This document shows, in pieces, positions 1 through 9,127 of a stretch of 23,443 nt of DNA. Source of the stretch: an uncultured delta proteobacterium (GTDB lineage Bacteria > Desulfobacterota > Syntrophia > Syntrophales > UBA5619); contig CAWFOM010000029.1 in assembly GCA_963817385.1 (NCBI GenBank), forward strand, positions 1-23,443. The letters run 5' to 3'. Below the pieces are notes generated by a model. That model saw nothing but the letters and a program-made list of their open reading frames with translations. It did no database searches and was not told the DNA's origin. The translations under genes and the position numbers were made by a program. Within the stretch, counting starts at the first letter, position 1. Every line of letters begins with the position of its first letter.

Positions 1-162
1 CCATTACCTGAAATCGCTCTGCCCGTGAAGGCGGAGCAAGGGGGGGGACAGAATAGCTATTTCCTCGAAGCGGCTATCATGGATGAGCCTGACGGCGGAA
101 GAGATTGTTTTTATTCCATGCGAGAGGGCGCTTTTTTTTCACGAGGATCAACATGAGGTATC

Positions 163-1374
163 ATGATGCGTGAGTGGGGATCTTCATCACCAAGGCGGCG
201 GCGACACGGCGCGGCGCTCATCCTGCTCATCCTGATGTTTTTTACGGAGGCGTTGTCCGCGTCTGACGCCGATATCGCGCCGGCGGTCGATTTGTACCCC
301 GTCGGCTGCATCCTGCCCCTGTCGGGGCGCAATGCCGCCTACGGCAACCGCGCCCTCGATGCGGTCCTCCTCGCAACCGGTGTGTTCAACGCAGCGAAGG
401 AGACGCCGATCCGACTCCTGATCGAGGACTCCCAGAGCGAACCCGCCGTCGCCGCAGCGGCGGTGGGTAAACTGGCAGGCGCCGGAGTCACCTGCATCCT
501 CGGGCCGTTGGGGAGTCAGGAGGCTCTCGATGCGGCGAAGGAGGCCCAGCGCCTGAAGGTACCCATCCTGACCCTGACGCAGCGGGAAGGGATCACCGGG
601 ATCGGGGATCACGTCTTCAGGAATTTCCTTACCGCGGCGATGCAGATCCGGACAGTGGTTCAATACGCCCAGGCGGATCTCGGACTCCGCCGATTTGCCA
701 TCCTCTCCCCGGAAGACCCCTACGGCCAGGAGATGGCGCGTCTCTTCCGGGAGGAAGTCGTGCGGAAAGGCGGCGAGATCCGGAAGGAAAAGACCTACAA
801 GGCTGACCAGGCCGATTTCGGGGAAGAGATCCACGCCCTGGCCGGAATTGTGCCGGCCAGCCCCGGTGCGGAAGAACCCGCGGCGGTCCAGCCGAAGCCA
901 AACCCCGGCTTCGAAGCCCTCTTCATCCCCGATTCCGCCCTCCGGGTCGCGATGATCGTTTCGCAACTGGCCTATTACCAAATCACCGGAATCCGGCTTC
1001 TCGGGACCAGCGGGTGGGATTCCCCGGAGCTACTCAAGACGGATCCCGAACACCTGCAAGGGGCCATTTTCGTGGACGGGTTCTTTTCGAACAGCTTCCG
1101 GCCCGAGGTCAACACGTTCATCGAATCCTTCTATATGTCCTACGGGCGGGAACCGGACGCGATGGAGGCCCTCGTCTACGACGCAACGGAGATGGCGATA
1201 CGGCTGATTGTCAGAAACCGCGGAGGCACCCGGGAGGCTTTCCGGAAAGGGCTTATGCAAGTAAAAGGCTATCAAGGCGTCACGGGAAGGACCTCCTTTT
1301 CGCCGTCGCGGGATGCGGAAAAGGAGCTCTTCATCCTGACGGTCAAGGACGGCCAGATCATCCAGGTGAAATAG
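163..1374 (+). CDS. LppC/LpoA-like periplasmic binding-fold protein (penicillin-binding protein activator family)
   Basis: N-terminal hydrophobic signal, VGCILPLSG..YG, ILGPL, ALFIPDS, LLGTSGW, YDA and GVTGRTSF motifs of the LppC/Peripla_BP_6 fold. Confidence 0.8.
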   Translation: MMREWGSSSPRRRRHGAALILLILMFFTEALSASDADIAPAVDLYPVGCILPLSGRNAAYGNRALDAVLLATGVFNAAKETPIRLLIEDSQSEPAVAAAAVGKLAGAGVTCILGPLGSQEALDAAKEAQRLKVPILTLTQREGITGIGDHVFRNFLTAAMQIRTVVQYAQADLGLRRFAILSPEDPYGQEMARLFREEVVRKGGEIRKEKTYKADQADFGEEIHALAGIVPASPGAEEPAAVQPKPNPGFEALFIPDSALRVAMIVSQLAYYQITGIRLLGTSGWDSPELLKTDPEHLQGAIFVDGFFSNSFRPEVNTFIESFYMSYGREPDAMEALVYDATEMAIRLIVRNRGGTREAFRKGLMQVKGYQGVTGRTSFSPSRDAEKELFILTVKDGQIIQVK

Positions 1375-1377
1375 GCG

Positions 1378-2148
1378 ATGCGCTTTCTTCTGACAAATGA
1401 TGACGGGATCTATGCGCAGGGGCTTGCCGCGCTCTATCGGGAGCTCTCAAAGGATGCGGAGTGCGTCGTGGTGGCGCCCGAGATCGAGCAGAGCGCCGTC
1501 GGCCACGCGATAACGATCTCCCGGCCGCTGATGGTTCGGAAGGCCCGGAAGAACGGGAACTTCCTGGGCTATGCCGTGGCGGGGACGCCTGCCGACTGCG
1601 TCAAGATCGGAATCTGCGAATTGGCCGGGGGACCGGTCGATCTGGTCGTCTCCGGTATCAACCGTGGCGCCAACGTGGGGATCAACGTCCTCTACTCGGG
1701 AACCGTCTCGGCGGCGACGGAGGCAGCCATTCAAGGGATCCCCTCGATGGCGATCTCCCTGGATACCCATCAGGAGGCGGACTTCTCGACGGCCGCCCGT
1801 TTCGCCCGGCGGATGGCCGCCTTCATCCTCGAACACCCCCTGCCGCATGTGGCGCTTAACGTGAATGTTCCGGCGATTCCGGAAGAGGAGATCCGGGGGG
1901 TCGTGGTGGCGAAACAAGGGCGGGCTCGCCTGATGGAGAGCTTCGACCGGCGGATCGACCCGCGGGAGAACATCTACTACTGGCTCGCCGGCGAGACCGA
2001 GCTTCCCGTCCACGAGGACGAGGAGTCGGACGGCAGCGCCCTGAAACGGGGGATGATCACGATCACCCCGATCTGCTACGACCTCACCCGTCATGACCTC
2101 CTTGATGGTCTGAAAGCCCGGGTCTGCGACCGCTTCCCGGTTAAATAA
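1378..2148 (+). CDS. surE: 5'/3'-nucleotidase SurE
   Basis: LLTNDDGIYAQG, EQSAVGHAIT, GTPADCV, VVSGINRGANVG, YSGTVSAATEA motifs. Confidence 0.97.
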   Translation: MRFLLTNDDGIYAQGLAALYRELSKDAECVVVAPEIEQSAVGHAITISRPLMVRKARKNGNFLGYAVAGTPADCVKIGICELAGGPVDLVVSGINRGANVGINVLYSGTVSAATEAAIQGIPSMAISLDTHQEADFSTAARFARRMAAFILEHPLPHVALNVNVPAIPEEEIRGVVVAKQGRARLMESFDRRIDPRENIYYWLAGETELPVHEDEESDGSALKRGMITITPICYDLTRHDLLDGLKARVCDRFPVK

Positions 2149-2194
2149 CAATAGCGCCCAAAAAAATCTTCAGTGGCAATTTTGAAAAATATCC

Positions 2195-2236
2195 TTGACT
2201 ACGCCCCGGCTCGGTATTAGATTGCCGAATAGCAAT
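2195..2236 (+). promoter_or_regulatory. sigma70 promoter of arsR1 with overlapping ArsR-type operator
   Basis: TTGACT (2195-2200), 17-nt spacer, TAGATT (2218-2223); inverted repeat ATTGC-N6-GCAAT at 2221-2236 overlaps the -10 box. Confidence 0.75.
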
Positions 2237-2251
2237 ATAAGGAGATCGATA

Positions 2252-2602
2252 ATGAAGGAATTTATCAGGGTCATGAAAGCGCTTTCCGATCCAAACCGGG
2301 TGAAGCTCCTCAAGATGCTTCAAAAAAGGACGATGTGTGTCTGCGAGGTCCAGGCTGCCCTGGGAATCGCCCAGCCGACCGTCTCCAAGCATCTGAAACT
2401 GCTTGAGGATGCGGGATTGGTAACCAGGAAAAAAGAGGGCCTCTGGGTTAACTACTCCGTGACCGACGGCGGCCGAAGCCCCTATGCGGCGAGCCTCCTG
2501 GGCAGTCTTCGCCACTGGCTCTCCGACGATCCCGCAATTCACGACCTGATCGAAAAGAGCGATGCCATCCGGCGGGAGGACCTCTGCGGCACGCATGGCT
2601 GA
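2252..2602 (+). CDS. arsR: ArsR/SmtB family metalloregulator (copy 1)
   Basis: KALSDPNR, MCVCE metal-binding motif, QPTVSKHLK helix-turn-helix; start moved to ATG 2252 (AAGGAG RBS; 116 aa, same as copy 2). Confidence 0.93.
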   Translation: MKEFIRVMKALSDPNRVKLLKMLQKRTMCVCEVQAALGIAQPTVSKHLKLLEDAGLVTRKKEGLWVNYSVTDGGRSPYAASLLGSLRHWLSDDPAIHDLIEKSDAIRREDLCGTHG

Positions 2603-2607
2603 TAAAT

Positions 2608-2623
2608 ATTTCCTGATCGCAAT
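2608..2623 (+). promoter_or_regulatory. Probable second ArsR operator directly after arsR1, upstream of cfa
   Basis: ATTTC-CTGATC-GCAAT matches the ATTnC-N6-GnAAT sites at both arsR promoters. Confidence 0.45.
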
Positions 2624-2794
2624 ATATCGGCGTCGGATCACCGGTACGGTCCCCGTGCATTAGCCGGCGGATCACGCCCTGGAACGAACCGATCACGATA
2701 ACATCCTGCCGCAGGATACCTCGCCACGCCCTGCCGGGGGCCATGTGAGCAGATTTTCTTCGATCAGTGCCCGTTCATATCAGGGAGGCGAGAT

Positions 2795-3913
2795 ATGCAA
2801 AAGCACAGAAAGATGGTCGAGCGGTTGCTTTCCGAGGCCGGCGTCAGGATCAATGGCCCCGATCCCTGGGACATCCGGGTGCATGATGAGCGATTTTTTA
2901 CCCGCGCGCTGAAGGATAAAAGTCTCGGGCTCGGGGAATCCTACATGGCGGGCTGGTGGGATTGTGCTCGAATAGATGAATTGATCTGTCGTCTCCTCAA
3001 GGAAAACCTGGATGAGAAAATCAGCGGGAATCTCCGGGCGCTTTTATTCTTCATTTCCGCCAGGCTCTTCAATCGCCAGTCGCCGTCCCGGGCGGGGATC
3101 ATCGCCCGGAGGCATTACGATCTGGGAAACGACCTCTTCTTTTCCTTTTTGGACCCGTACAACCAGTACAGCTGCGCCTACTTTCACGAAACCGAGGACC
3201 TGGCGGAAGCTCAGAAGAAAAAGCTTGACCTGATCTGCCGGAAAATCCATCTCCGGCAGGAGGATCATGTTCTCGATGTCGGCTGCGGCTGGGGCGGCTT
3301 TGCCCGCTATGCCGCCGACCATTACGGTTGCACCGTTACGGCCGTCAATATCTCCGAGGAGCAGATCCGCTACGCCCGGGAATCCTGTAAAAGCCTGCCG
3401 GTAAAGATCCTCCGCGAGGATTACCGGCAAATCCAGGGAAGCTTCGACAAGATCGTATCCGTCGGGATGTTCGAGCACGTGGGGCAGAAAAACTATCGGA
3501 CATTCATGAAGGTCGTCCGTCGCTGTCTGAAGGAGAGAGGGATCTTTCTGCTCCATACGATCGGCAGCAATGCCTCCCGGGTCAACGGCGACCCCTGGGT
3601 CAACCGGTATATTTTCCCCAACGGGATGCTGCCCAGCATCGCCCAGATCGGCAGGGCCGCGGAAGGTCTCCTGGTAATCGAGGACATCCATAACCTCGGC
3701 CCACACTACGAAAAGACTCTCCTGCACTGGAACGACCGCTTTCAGGCGGCCTGGCACCGGCTTTCCGGAAGATATGACCAGACGTTCAAGAGGATGTGGG
3801 AATACTACCTCCTCTCCTACGCCGGGGCATTCCGCGCCCGGTCTATTCAAGTCTGGCAGATCGTGATGACCAAGGTCGGTACAACGGGGCAGCCCTGGTG
3901 TCGGTTCGCATAA
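2795..3913 (+). CDS. cfa: Cyclopropane-fatty-acyl-phospholipid synthase
   Basis: LGLGESYMAGWW, HYDLGND, YSCAYF, VLDVGCGWGG SAM motif, SVGMFEHVG, YIFPNG, RMWEYYL; GGAGG RBS. Confidence 0.95.
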   Translation: MQKHRKMVERLLSEAGVRINGPDPWDIRVHDERFFTRALKDKSLGLGESYMAGWWDCARIDELICRLLKENLDEKISGNLRALLFFISARLFNRQSPSRAGIIARRHYDLGNDLFFSFLDPYNQYSCAYFHETEDLAEAQKKKLDLICRKIHLRQEDHVLDVGCGWGGFARYAADHYGCTVTAVNISEEQIRYARESCKSLPVKILREDYRQIQGSFDKIVSVGMFEHVGQKNYRTFMKVVRRCLKERGIFLLHTIGSNASRVNGDPWVNRYIFPNGMLPSIAQIGRAAEGLLVIEDIHNLGPHYEKTLLHWNDRFQAAWHRLSGRYDQTFKRMWEYYLLSYAGAFRARSIQVWQIVMTKVGTTGQPWCRFA

Positions 3914-3998
3914 ACGTCGTGATGGATGGAAAACCGGATAATGACGGCATGGATCAAGGACAAACGATGACCAGTAAGACTATTGGAGGTCTGCACCG

Positions 3999-4817
3999 GT
4001 GCCTTTAGAATATCTCTGGCTGATTCCTCTGGGCTTTGTCGTAGGGGCTTACGGCACGCTGATCGGCGCCGGGGGCGGCTTCGTTCTTGTGCCCTTCCTG
4101 CTTATCCTCTATCCCCAAGAGTCAGCCGAAACGATTACCGGCATTTCATTGGCCGTCGTCTTCTTCAATGCCCTTTCCGGCAGCGTGGCCTATGCCCGCA
4201 TGAGACGGATTGAATATCGCTCCGGCCTCATCTTCTCGGCGGCAACGATACCCGGCGCCATCCTGGGAGCCCTTGCGACGGCTTATTTGCCGCGGCGTCT
4301 CTTCGATACCGTCTTCGGTCTGTTGTTGATGGCTGCATCTGTCTATCTGTGTATAAAACCGGGAGTCCGTGTGAATGCGGAGGGGCCATGTCCGCCTAAT
4401 CACCGGGAATGTAGCGTAACCGATGCCAACGGCACGACCCATCGCTTTTCGTATCACCAGCCTTTAGGGATCGTCGTGAGCATGGCGGTGGGCTTTCTTT
4501 CCAGTCTGCTGGGCATCGGCGGTGGGATTATCCATGTACCCGTGCTTGTACAACTGTTGAATTTTCCCATACATATTGCCACCGCCACCTCCCACTTCGT
4601 CCTGACCAACATGGCTCTCACGGGAACTCTGACCCATATCGCATCCGGCACCTTCACCCACGGTTTCCGTCGGACGATCATGCTCGCCATTGGCGTCATA
4701 CTGGGCGCGCAATTGGGCGCGTGGTTTTCCGGCAGGACACAGGGAACATGGATCATCCGCGGATTGGCGATTGCCCTCGGGGCAGTGGGAATCCGCTTGC
4801 TCATGACGGTGTTTTAG
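3999..4817 (+). CDS. Sulfite exporter TauE/SafE (TSUP) family membrane protein
   Basis: Two repeats GTLIGAGGGFVLVP and SSLLGIGGGIIHVP, multiple TM helices; GTG start with GGAGG RBS. Confidence 0.9.
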   Translation: MPLEYLWLIPLGFVVGAYGTLIGAGGGFVLVPFLLILYPQESAETITGISLAVVFFNALSGSVAYARMRRIEYRSGLIFSAATIPGAILGALATAYLPRRLFDTVFGLLLMAASVYLCIKPGVRVNAEGPCPPNHRECSVTDANGTTHRFSYHQPLGIVVSMAVGFLSSLLGIGGGIIHVPVLVQLLNFPIHIATATSHFVLTNMALTGTLTHIASGTFTHGFRRTIMLAIGVILGAQLGAWFSGRTQGTWIIRGLAIALGAVGIRLLMTVF

Positions 4818-4902
4818 TGTGTGGCGGTCCTTCCCCCTGTTACGGGAATCTCATGCGGGGCGGGCACGTCAAACGGCTGGTTGATGGGATAAAAGGAAAC
4901 CG

Positions 4903-5790
4903 ATGATGAAAAATAAAACCATAACCGAAACTCACCCCATGAACCTGTCCAGAGATGACGGCATGCCTAGCTATGAAAATGGCGTGCCGGGCAACCTCGA
5001 TCATCCGGAACGGCCGGCCGCTGTTCACAATGCCATGCCTGTGCCGGTCGGAAAAATCCGCCTCCTCTTTCTGGGCAGCGGAGACAACTTCGGCAGCGGG
5101 GGACGTCTTCAGGCATGCATCCATGTGGATACGGGCACAACCCGTTTCCTGATCGACTGCGGCGCCTCTTCGCTGATCGGAATGAAACGCGCCGAGATCA
5201 GCTCTGCCGCAATCGATGCCATCCTGATCTCCCATCTCCACGGAGACCATTTCGGCGGCATTCCCTTTTTCATCATCGACGCGCAGCTCATCAGCCGTCG
5301 TGAGGCGCCGCTCGTCATCGCCGGTCCCCCGGGCCTGACGAAGCGTGTCCGGGAGGCGATGGAGGTCTTCTATCCCGGTTCATCCGGGGTCGAGCGGAAA
5401 TTCGCCGTCGACTATATCGAGATGAGCGAAGACGAGATCAGGCAGATGGGCGACCTGACCGTTCTTCCCGTCCGGGTGATCCACGGCAGCGGCGCTCCCT
5501 CCTACGCACTGCGGATCGAATGTGCGGGAAAAATCATAGCCTATTCCGGCGACACCGAATGGACAGACGCCCTCAGGAAGGTCGCCGATGGCGCAGACCT
5601 CTTTATTTGTGAAAGCTATTTCTTCGAAAAACAGATGAAGAACCATATCAATTACCGGACGCTGATGGCCCACCGGGCCGACCTGGGGTGCAAACGGTTG
5701 ATCATCACCCACCTGGGGGAAGACCTCCTGGACCACCTCGGGGAGATCGAACTGGAAGCTGCACATGACGGCATGGAAGTGGTTATATGA
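4903..5790 (+). CDS. MBL-fold metallo-hydrolase (RNase Z/BN-like)
   Basis: FLGSG, LIDCG, SHLHGDHFGG (HxHxDH), YSGDT, ITHL; true start could be ~45 codons later. Confidence 0.88.
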   Translation: MMKNKTITETHPMNLSRDDGMPSYENGVPGNLDHPERPAAVHNAMPVPVGKIRLLFLGSGDNFGSGGRLQACIHVDTGTTRFLIDCGASSLIGMKRAEISSAAIDAILISHLHGDHFGGIPFFIIDAQLISRREAPLVIAGPPGLTKRVREAMEVFYPGSSGVERKFAVDYIEMSEDEIRQMGDLTVLPVRVIHGSGAPSYALRIECAGKIIAYSGDTEWTDALRKVADGADLFICESYFFEKQMKNHINYRTLMAHRADLGCKRLIITHLGEDLLDHLGEIELEAAHDGMEVVI

Positions 5791-5945
5791 CGAAAGACGG
5801 TACCCGGAAACAGGGCCGCTTCTTCCTTCCTGTATACCCATCATTTTTCGCTATATGCATATATGCACAGTTAAGTAAATGAATAAACCCTCACTAACTA
5901 TTTATTGATGTTTTTATTACGCTATTTTTGTTTAAAAATTTTACC

Positions 5946-5987
5946 TTGACAAGATTCCCGGATATCACTATATTCCTTCTCGGAAAT
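5946..5987 (+). promoter_or_regulatory. sigma70 promoter of arsR2 with overlapping ArsR-type operator
   Basis: TTGACA (5946-5951), 17-nt spacer, TATATT (5969-5974); ATTCC-N6-GAAAT at 5972-5987 in the same register as at arsR1; AT-rich upstream region. Confidence 0.8.
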
Positions 5988-6001
5988 GCGGAGAAGATGC
6001 C

Positions 6002-6352
6002 ATGAAGGAATTCATCAAGGTCATGAAGGCGCTCTCAGATCCCAACCGGGTGAAGTTTCTGAAGATGCTTCAAAAGCGACAGATGTGCGTTTGCGAGATC
6101 CAGGCGGCCCTCGGGATCGCCCAGCCCACGGTATCCAAGCACCTGAAGGTCTTGGAGGCCGCGGGACTCGTAGGGCGGGAAAAAGAAGGCCTCTGGGTGA
6201 ACTACTCCCTGAGCGACGGCGGCCGTAGTCCCTATGCGGCGTCTCTCCTGGGTAACCTGAAGCACTGGCTGGAGGATGACCCGGAGATCCAGGACCTGTT
6301 TGACAGGAGTGAAGGCCTCCGGAGGGCGGATCTCTGCCGCACCCGTGAGTGA
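6002..6352 (+). CDS. arsR: ArsR/SmtB family metalloregulator (copy 2), head of the ars operon
   Basis: 116 aa, close paralog of 2252-2602; MCVCE motif; C-terminal DLC. Confidence 0.95.
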   Translation: MKEFIKVMKALSDPNRVKFLKMLQKRQMCVCEIQAALGIAQPTVSKHLKVLEAAGLVGREKEGLWVNYSLSDGGRSPYAASLLGNLKHWLEDDPEIQDLFDRSEGLRRADLCRTRE

Positions 6353-6508
6353 TTCTCCATTATTCCCAAGGCCATGTCAATTCTCCAAGGTTGACTCCCG
6401 GTTCTGCCGAAGGTCTCATCCAAGGATGGTCGTCGCTGTTGCCACGGTTGCTGCCGGCGGTGAAGGAAAGCATAGGGATTTCTCCTGAAATACGAAAGAT
6501 TTGAGATT

Positions 6509-7680
6509 ATGAAAGAAAAAACCAAATTGCTGATCATCGCGGCCGGGTTTCTGGCTGCGTACTACATTCCCTGGGACCACGAGGTGATCCGCCGGTCGGG
6601 TCTGGAGGCCTTCATGATGCTCCAGGAGTACGCCCGGCAACACGTCCTGACCTGCCTCATCCCCGCCTTTTTCATCGCCGGAGCGATCGCCGTCTTCGTC
6701 TCCCAGGCGTCGGTCCTCAAGTATTTCGGCGCCCAAGCGAACAAGTTTCTCTCTTATTCGGTCGCCTCGGTGTCCGGGACGGTCTGGCCGTCTGCTCCTG
6801 CACGGTCCTCCCGCTGTTCGCCGGGATCTACATGCGGGGCGCGGGGATCGGTCCCGCCACGGCCTTCCTCTATTCGGGGCCGGCGATCAATGTCCTGGCC
6901 ATCATTTTGACAGCCAAGGTTCTGGGCTGGGAGCTGGGTCTCGCCCGGGCGGTCGGCGCGGTGGCCTTCTCCATTATTACCGGGCTCATCATGGCGTTCA
7001 TCTTCCGTGAGGACGACGCAAACCGGACCGCCGGTCAGATCTACCTGCCCGACGAGGACGGCAAGACGCGGAAGCTCTGGCAGGACACCCTCTATATGCT
7101 GACGATGGTCCTGATCCTCATCTTTGCCGCCTTCGCGAAGCCGGCGACCGACGACGCGGGCGTCTGGAAACTCATGTTCGCCGCCAAGTGGTACGTGACC
7201 GTAGCGCTACTGATTATTCTGATCTTCATGTTGAAAACCTGGTTCGTCAAGGAAGAACTCACCTCCTGGGTGCAGGCGACCTGGGGCTTCATGAAGCAGA
7301 TCTTCCCGCTGCTCCTGGCCGGGGTCCTCGTGGCGGGCTTTCTCCTCGGTCGCCCCGGCTACCCGGCCCTAATCCCGGAGCATTACATCGTCAGCCTCGT
7401 GGGCGGGAATTCCCTCTGGGCGAACCTCTTCGCCTCGGTTTCGGGGGCGCTCATGTACTTCGCGACGCTGACGGAGGTTCCGATCTTGCAGGGACTGATC
7501 GGCTCGGGGATGGGGCAGGGACCGGCCCTGGCGCTCCTGCTGGCGGGTCCGGCGCTCTCGCTTCCCAGCATGCTGACGCTGACGGGGATCATGGGCGTGA
7601 AAAAGACTCTGGCCTACTGTACGATCGTCGTGGTCCTTTCCACGGCGGCGGGGATGGCCTATGGATGGCTGGTTGCGTAA
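6509..7680 (+). pseudogene. arsP: ArsP (DUF318) permease, split by a 1-nt deletion near 6784
   Basis: HVLTCLIPAFFIAGAI...SVSGTV continues in another frame as AVCSCTVLPLFAGIYMRGAGIGPA..FLYSGPAIN..LMYFATLTEVPI..GPALSLP; adding one C (GTC CTG) restores a single ORF; may be a sequencing error. Confidence 0.85.
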
Positions 7681-7690
7681 AGAGACGGAA

Positions 7691-7829
7691 ATGATGGGAG
7701 AGCAGACGTCATCAGGGATTCGAAGATCCTTCGGCGGCCAAGGGAACGAAGGCGGAGGTTCTCGCGGTTTTCCGGCGGGTCCGTGACGAGATCCGGAACT
7801 GGATCGCGAACACGTATTTAAGAAGCGGG
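7691..7829 (+). pseudogene. arsC: Remnant of LMW-PTP-type arsenate reductase (C-terminal helix only)
   Basis: Frame from 7710 reads HQGFEDPSAAKGTKAEVLAVFRRVRDEIRNWIANTY, the typical ArsC C-terminus; ATG ATG at 7691 is out of frame; the catalytic P-loop is absent. Confidence 0.75.
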
Positions 7830-7835
7830 GTGGTT

Positions 7836-8360
7836 ATGACGGAAAGCAACGATGTGATGCACATCCGCGTCAACGGCCATCTGATCGGACTCGTGGGTTT
7901 CAAGGAGGCGATGGCAGAAGTCTCACGGACCCGGATCGGGAAGACGGATGAGACCATCCAGAAAGCGCTGCTTGACCGTCTCTCGGCGAAAAACTACATC
8001 CCCGCAAGCGCCAGGGAATCTTATGGCCCGGCCTTGCTGAGAGGGCTTAAGAAATTTCTGGGCGAGCAGGTCACCGATGAGGAGCCATCTGCGGGTCTGC
8101 ACATTCTGATTCTGGGGGAGAGTTGCTCCCGGTGCGATCAGTTGGAACGGTCCGTCCTGGAGATCCTGAGCGAGATGAACCTGCCAGCCGGGGTGGACCA
8201 TGTGACGGAGCCCCGTGAAATAGCGAAATACGGGGTCATGGGCACGCCGGCGCTGGTGATCGGCGGTCGGGTCGTCTGGGTCGGGTCCGTGCCGCCGAAG
8301 AGTCGGCTCAAGCAGTGGTTGGAAGAGGCGCGGGAGGCATCCCCCGCAGAAAAACGGTAA
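7836..8360 (+). CDS. Two-domain protein: N-terminal helical domain (NYIP..Y..AL) fused to a thioredoxin-like redox-active disulfide protein 2 domain
   Basis: ILILGESCSRC (CxxC), IAKYGVMGTPALVI, GSVP motifs. Confidence 0.8.
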   Translation: MTESNDVMHIRVNGHLIGLVGFKEAMAEVSRTRIGKTDETIQKALLDRLSAKNYIPASARESYGPALLRGLKKFLGEQVTDEEPSAGLHILILGESCSRCDQLERSVLEILSEMNLPAGVDHVTEPREIAKYGVMGTPALVIGGRVVWVGSVPPKSRLKQWLEEAREASPAEKR

Positions 8361-8414
8361 ATAACAAGAAGCCCTTGATGTTTCATAATTTTTATCACAA
8401 GAAGGAGATAGGCT

Positions 8415-8657
8415 ATGGATATCAAGATCCTGGGACCCGGTTGTATAAATTGCCACAAAGTGGAGAAACTGGTCCGAGAAGCCGTTGCGGAGCTGGGCGT
8501 CGCGGCGGATATCGAAATGGTAAGCGACATCATGAAGATCGCCCAATACGGTGTCTTCGGAACCCCGGCGGTCGTCGTGGACGGTAAGGTCAAGTCCGTG
8601 GGGAAAATCCCGAAAAAAGAAGAAATCCTGGCATGGCTCGGCAAGGGAGCACAATAA
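8415..8657 (+). CDS. Small thioredoxin-like redox-active disulfide protein 2 (MTH895/TM0996 type)
   Basis: MDIKILGPGCINC, YGVFGTPAVVVDG, GKIP; AAGGAG RBS. Confidence 0.92.
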   Translation: MDIKILGPGCINCHKVEKLVREAVAELGVAADIEMVSDIMKIAQYGVFGTPAVVVDGKVKSVGKIPKKEEILAWLGKGAQ

Positions 8658-8688
8658 CCGGGCGGATCAGGGAGAGAGAGGGTGATAA

Positions 8689-9021
8689 ATGGAAAAGAGT
8701 GAGCTGATCATTTACGAGGGTGCCCTTTGCTGCTCGACGGGTGTATGCGGGCCGGAACCGGACCAAAATCTGATTGCGTTCAGCGAAACGGTGAAACGCC
8801 TGCAAAACAAGTATGGCGAGAGGTTGACGATCATGCGGGCAAGCTTGACCTTCAATAGTCTCATTTTCATGGCCCATCCTGAAATTGCCCGACTGGTCAA
8901 GGAGAATGGGGCGGAGATCCTGCCGGTCACGACCATCAATGGGGAGATTATTGCCAGCCAGAAATACTTGAAATACGAAGAATTGAATGCTGCAATCGAG
9001 GAGAAGACCAACCCTCTTTAA
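8689..9021 (+). CDS. arsD: Arsenite metallochaperone ArsD
   Basis: IYEGALCCSTGVCGPEPD signature, LPVTTINGEII; directly upstream of arsA. Confidence 0.92.
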   Translation: MEKSELIIYEGALCCSTGVCGPEPDQNLIAFSETVKRLQNKYGERLTIMRASLTFNSLIFMAHPEIARLVKENGAEILPVTTINGEIIASQKYLKYEELNAAIEEKTNPL

Positions 9022-9127
9022 GGATGTTGCGGTTCACGATGCCGCTGCCATGAAATGCGCCTATGATGCGTCTATATGCCAAATGTGGCAGTGAAACAAA
9101 AATATGATAGAAGAGGATGAATAAAAC

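Noticed and set aside
5852..5867. TATATGCATATA palindrome upstream of arsR2
   Set aside because: Low-complexity AT-rich context and no match to the shared operator; cannot be supported as a site.
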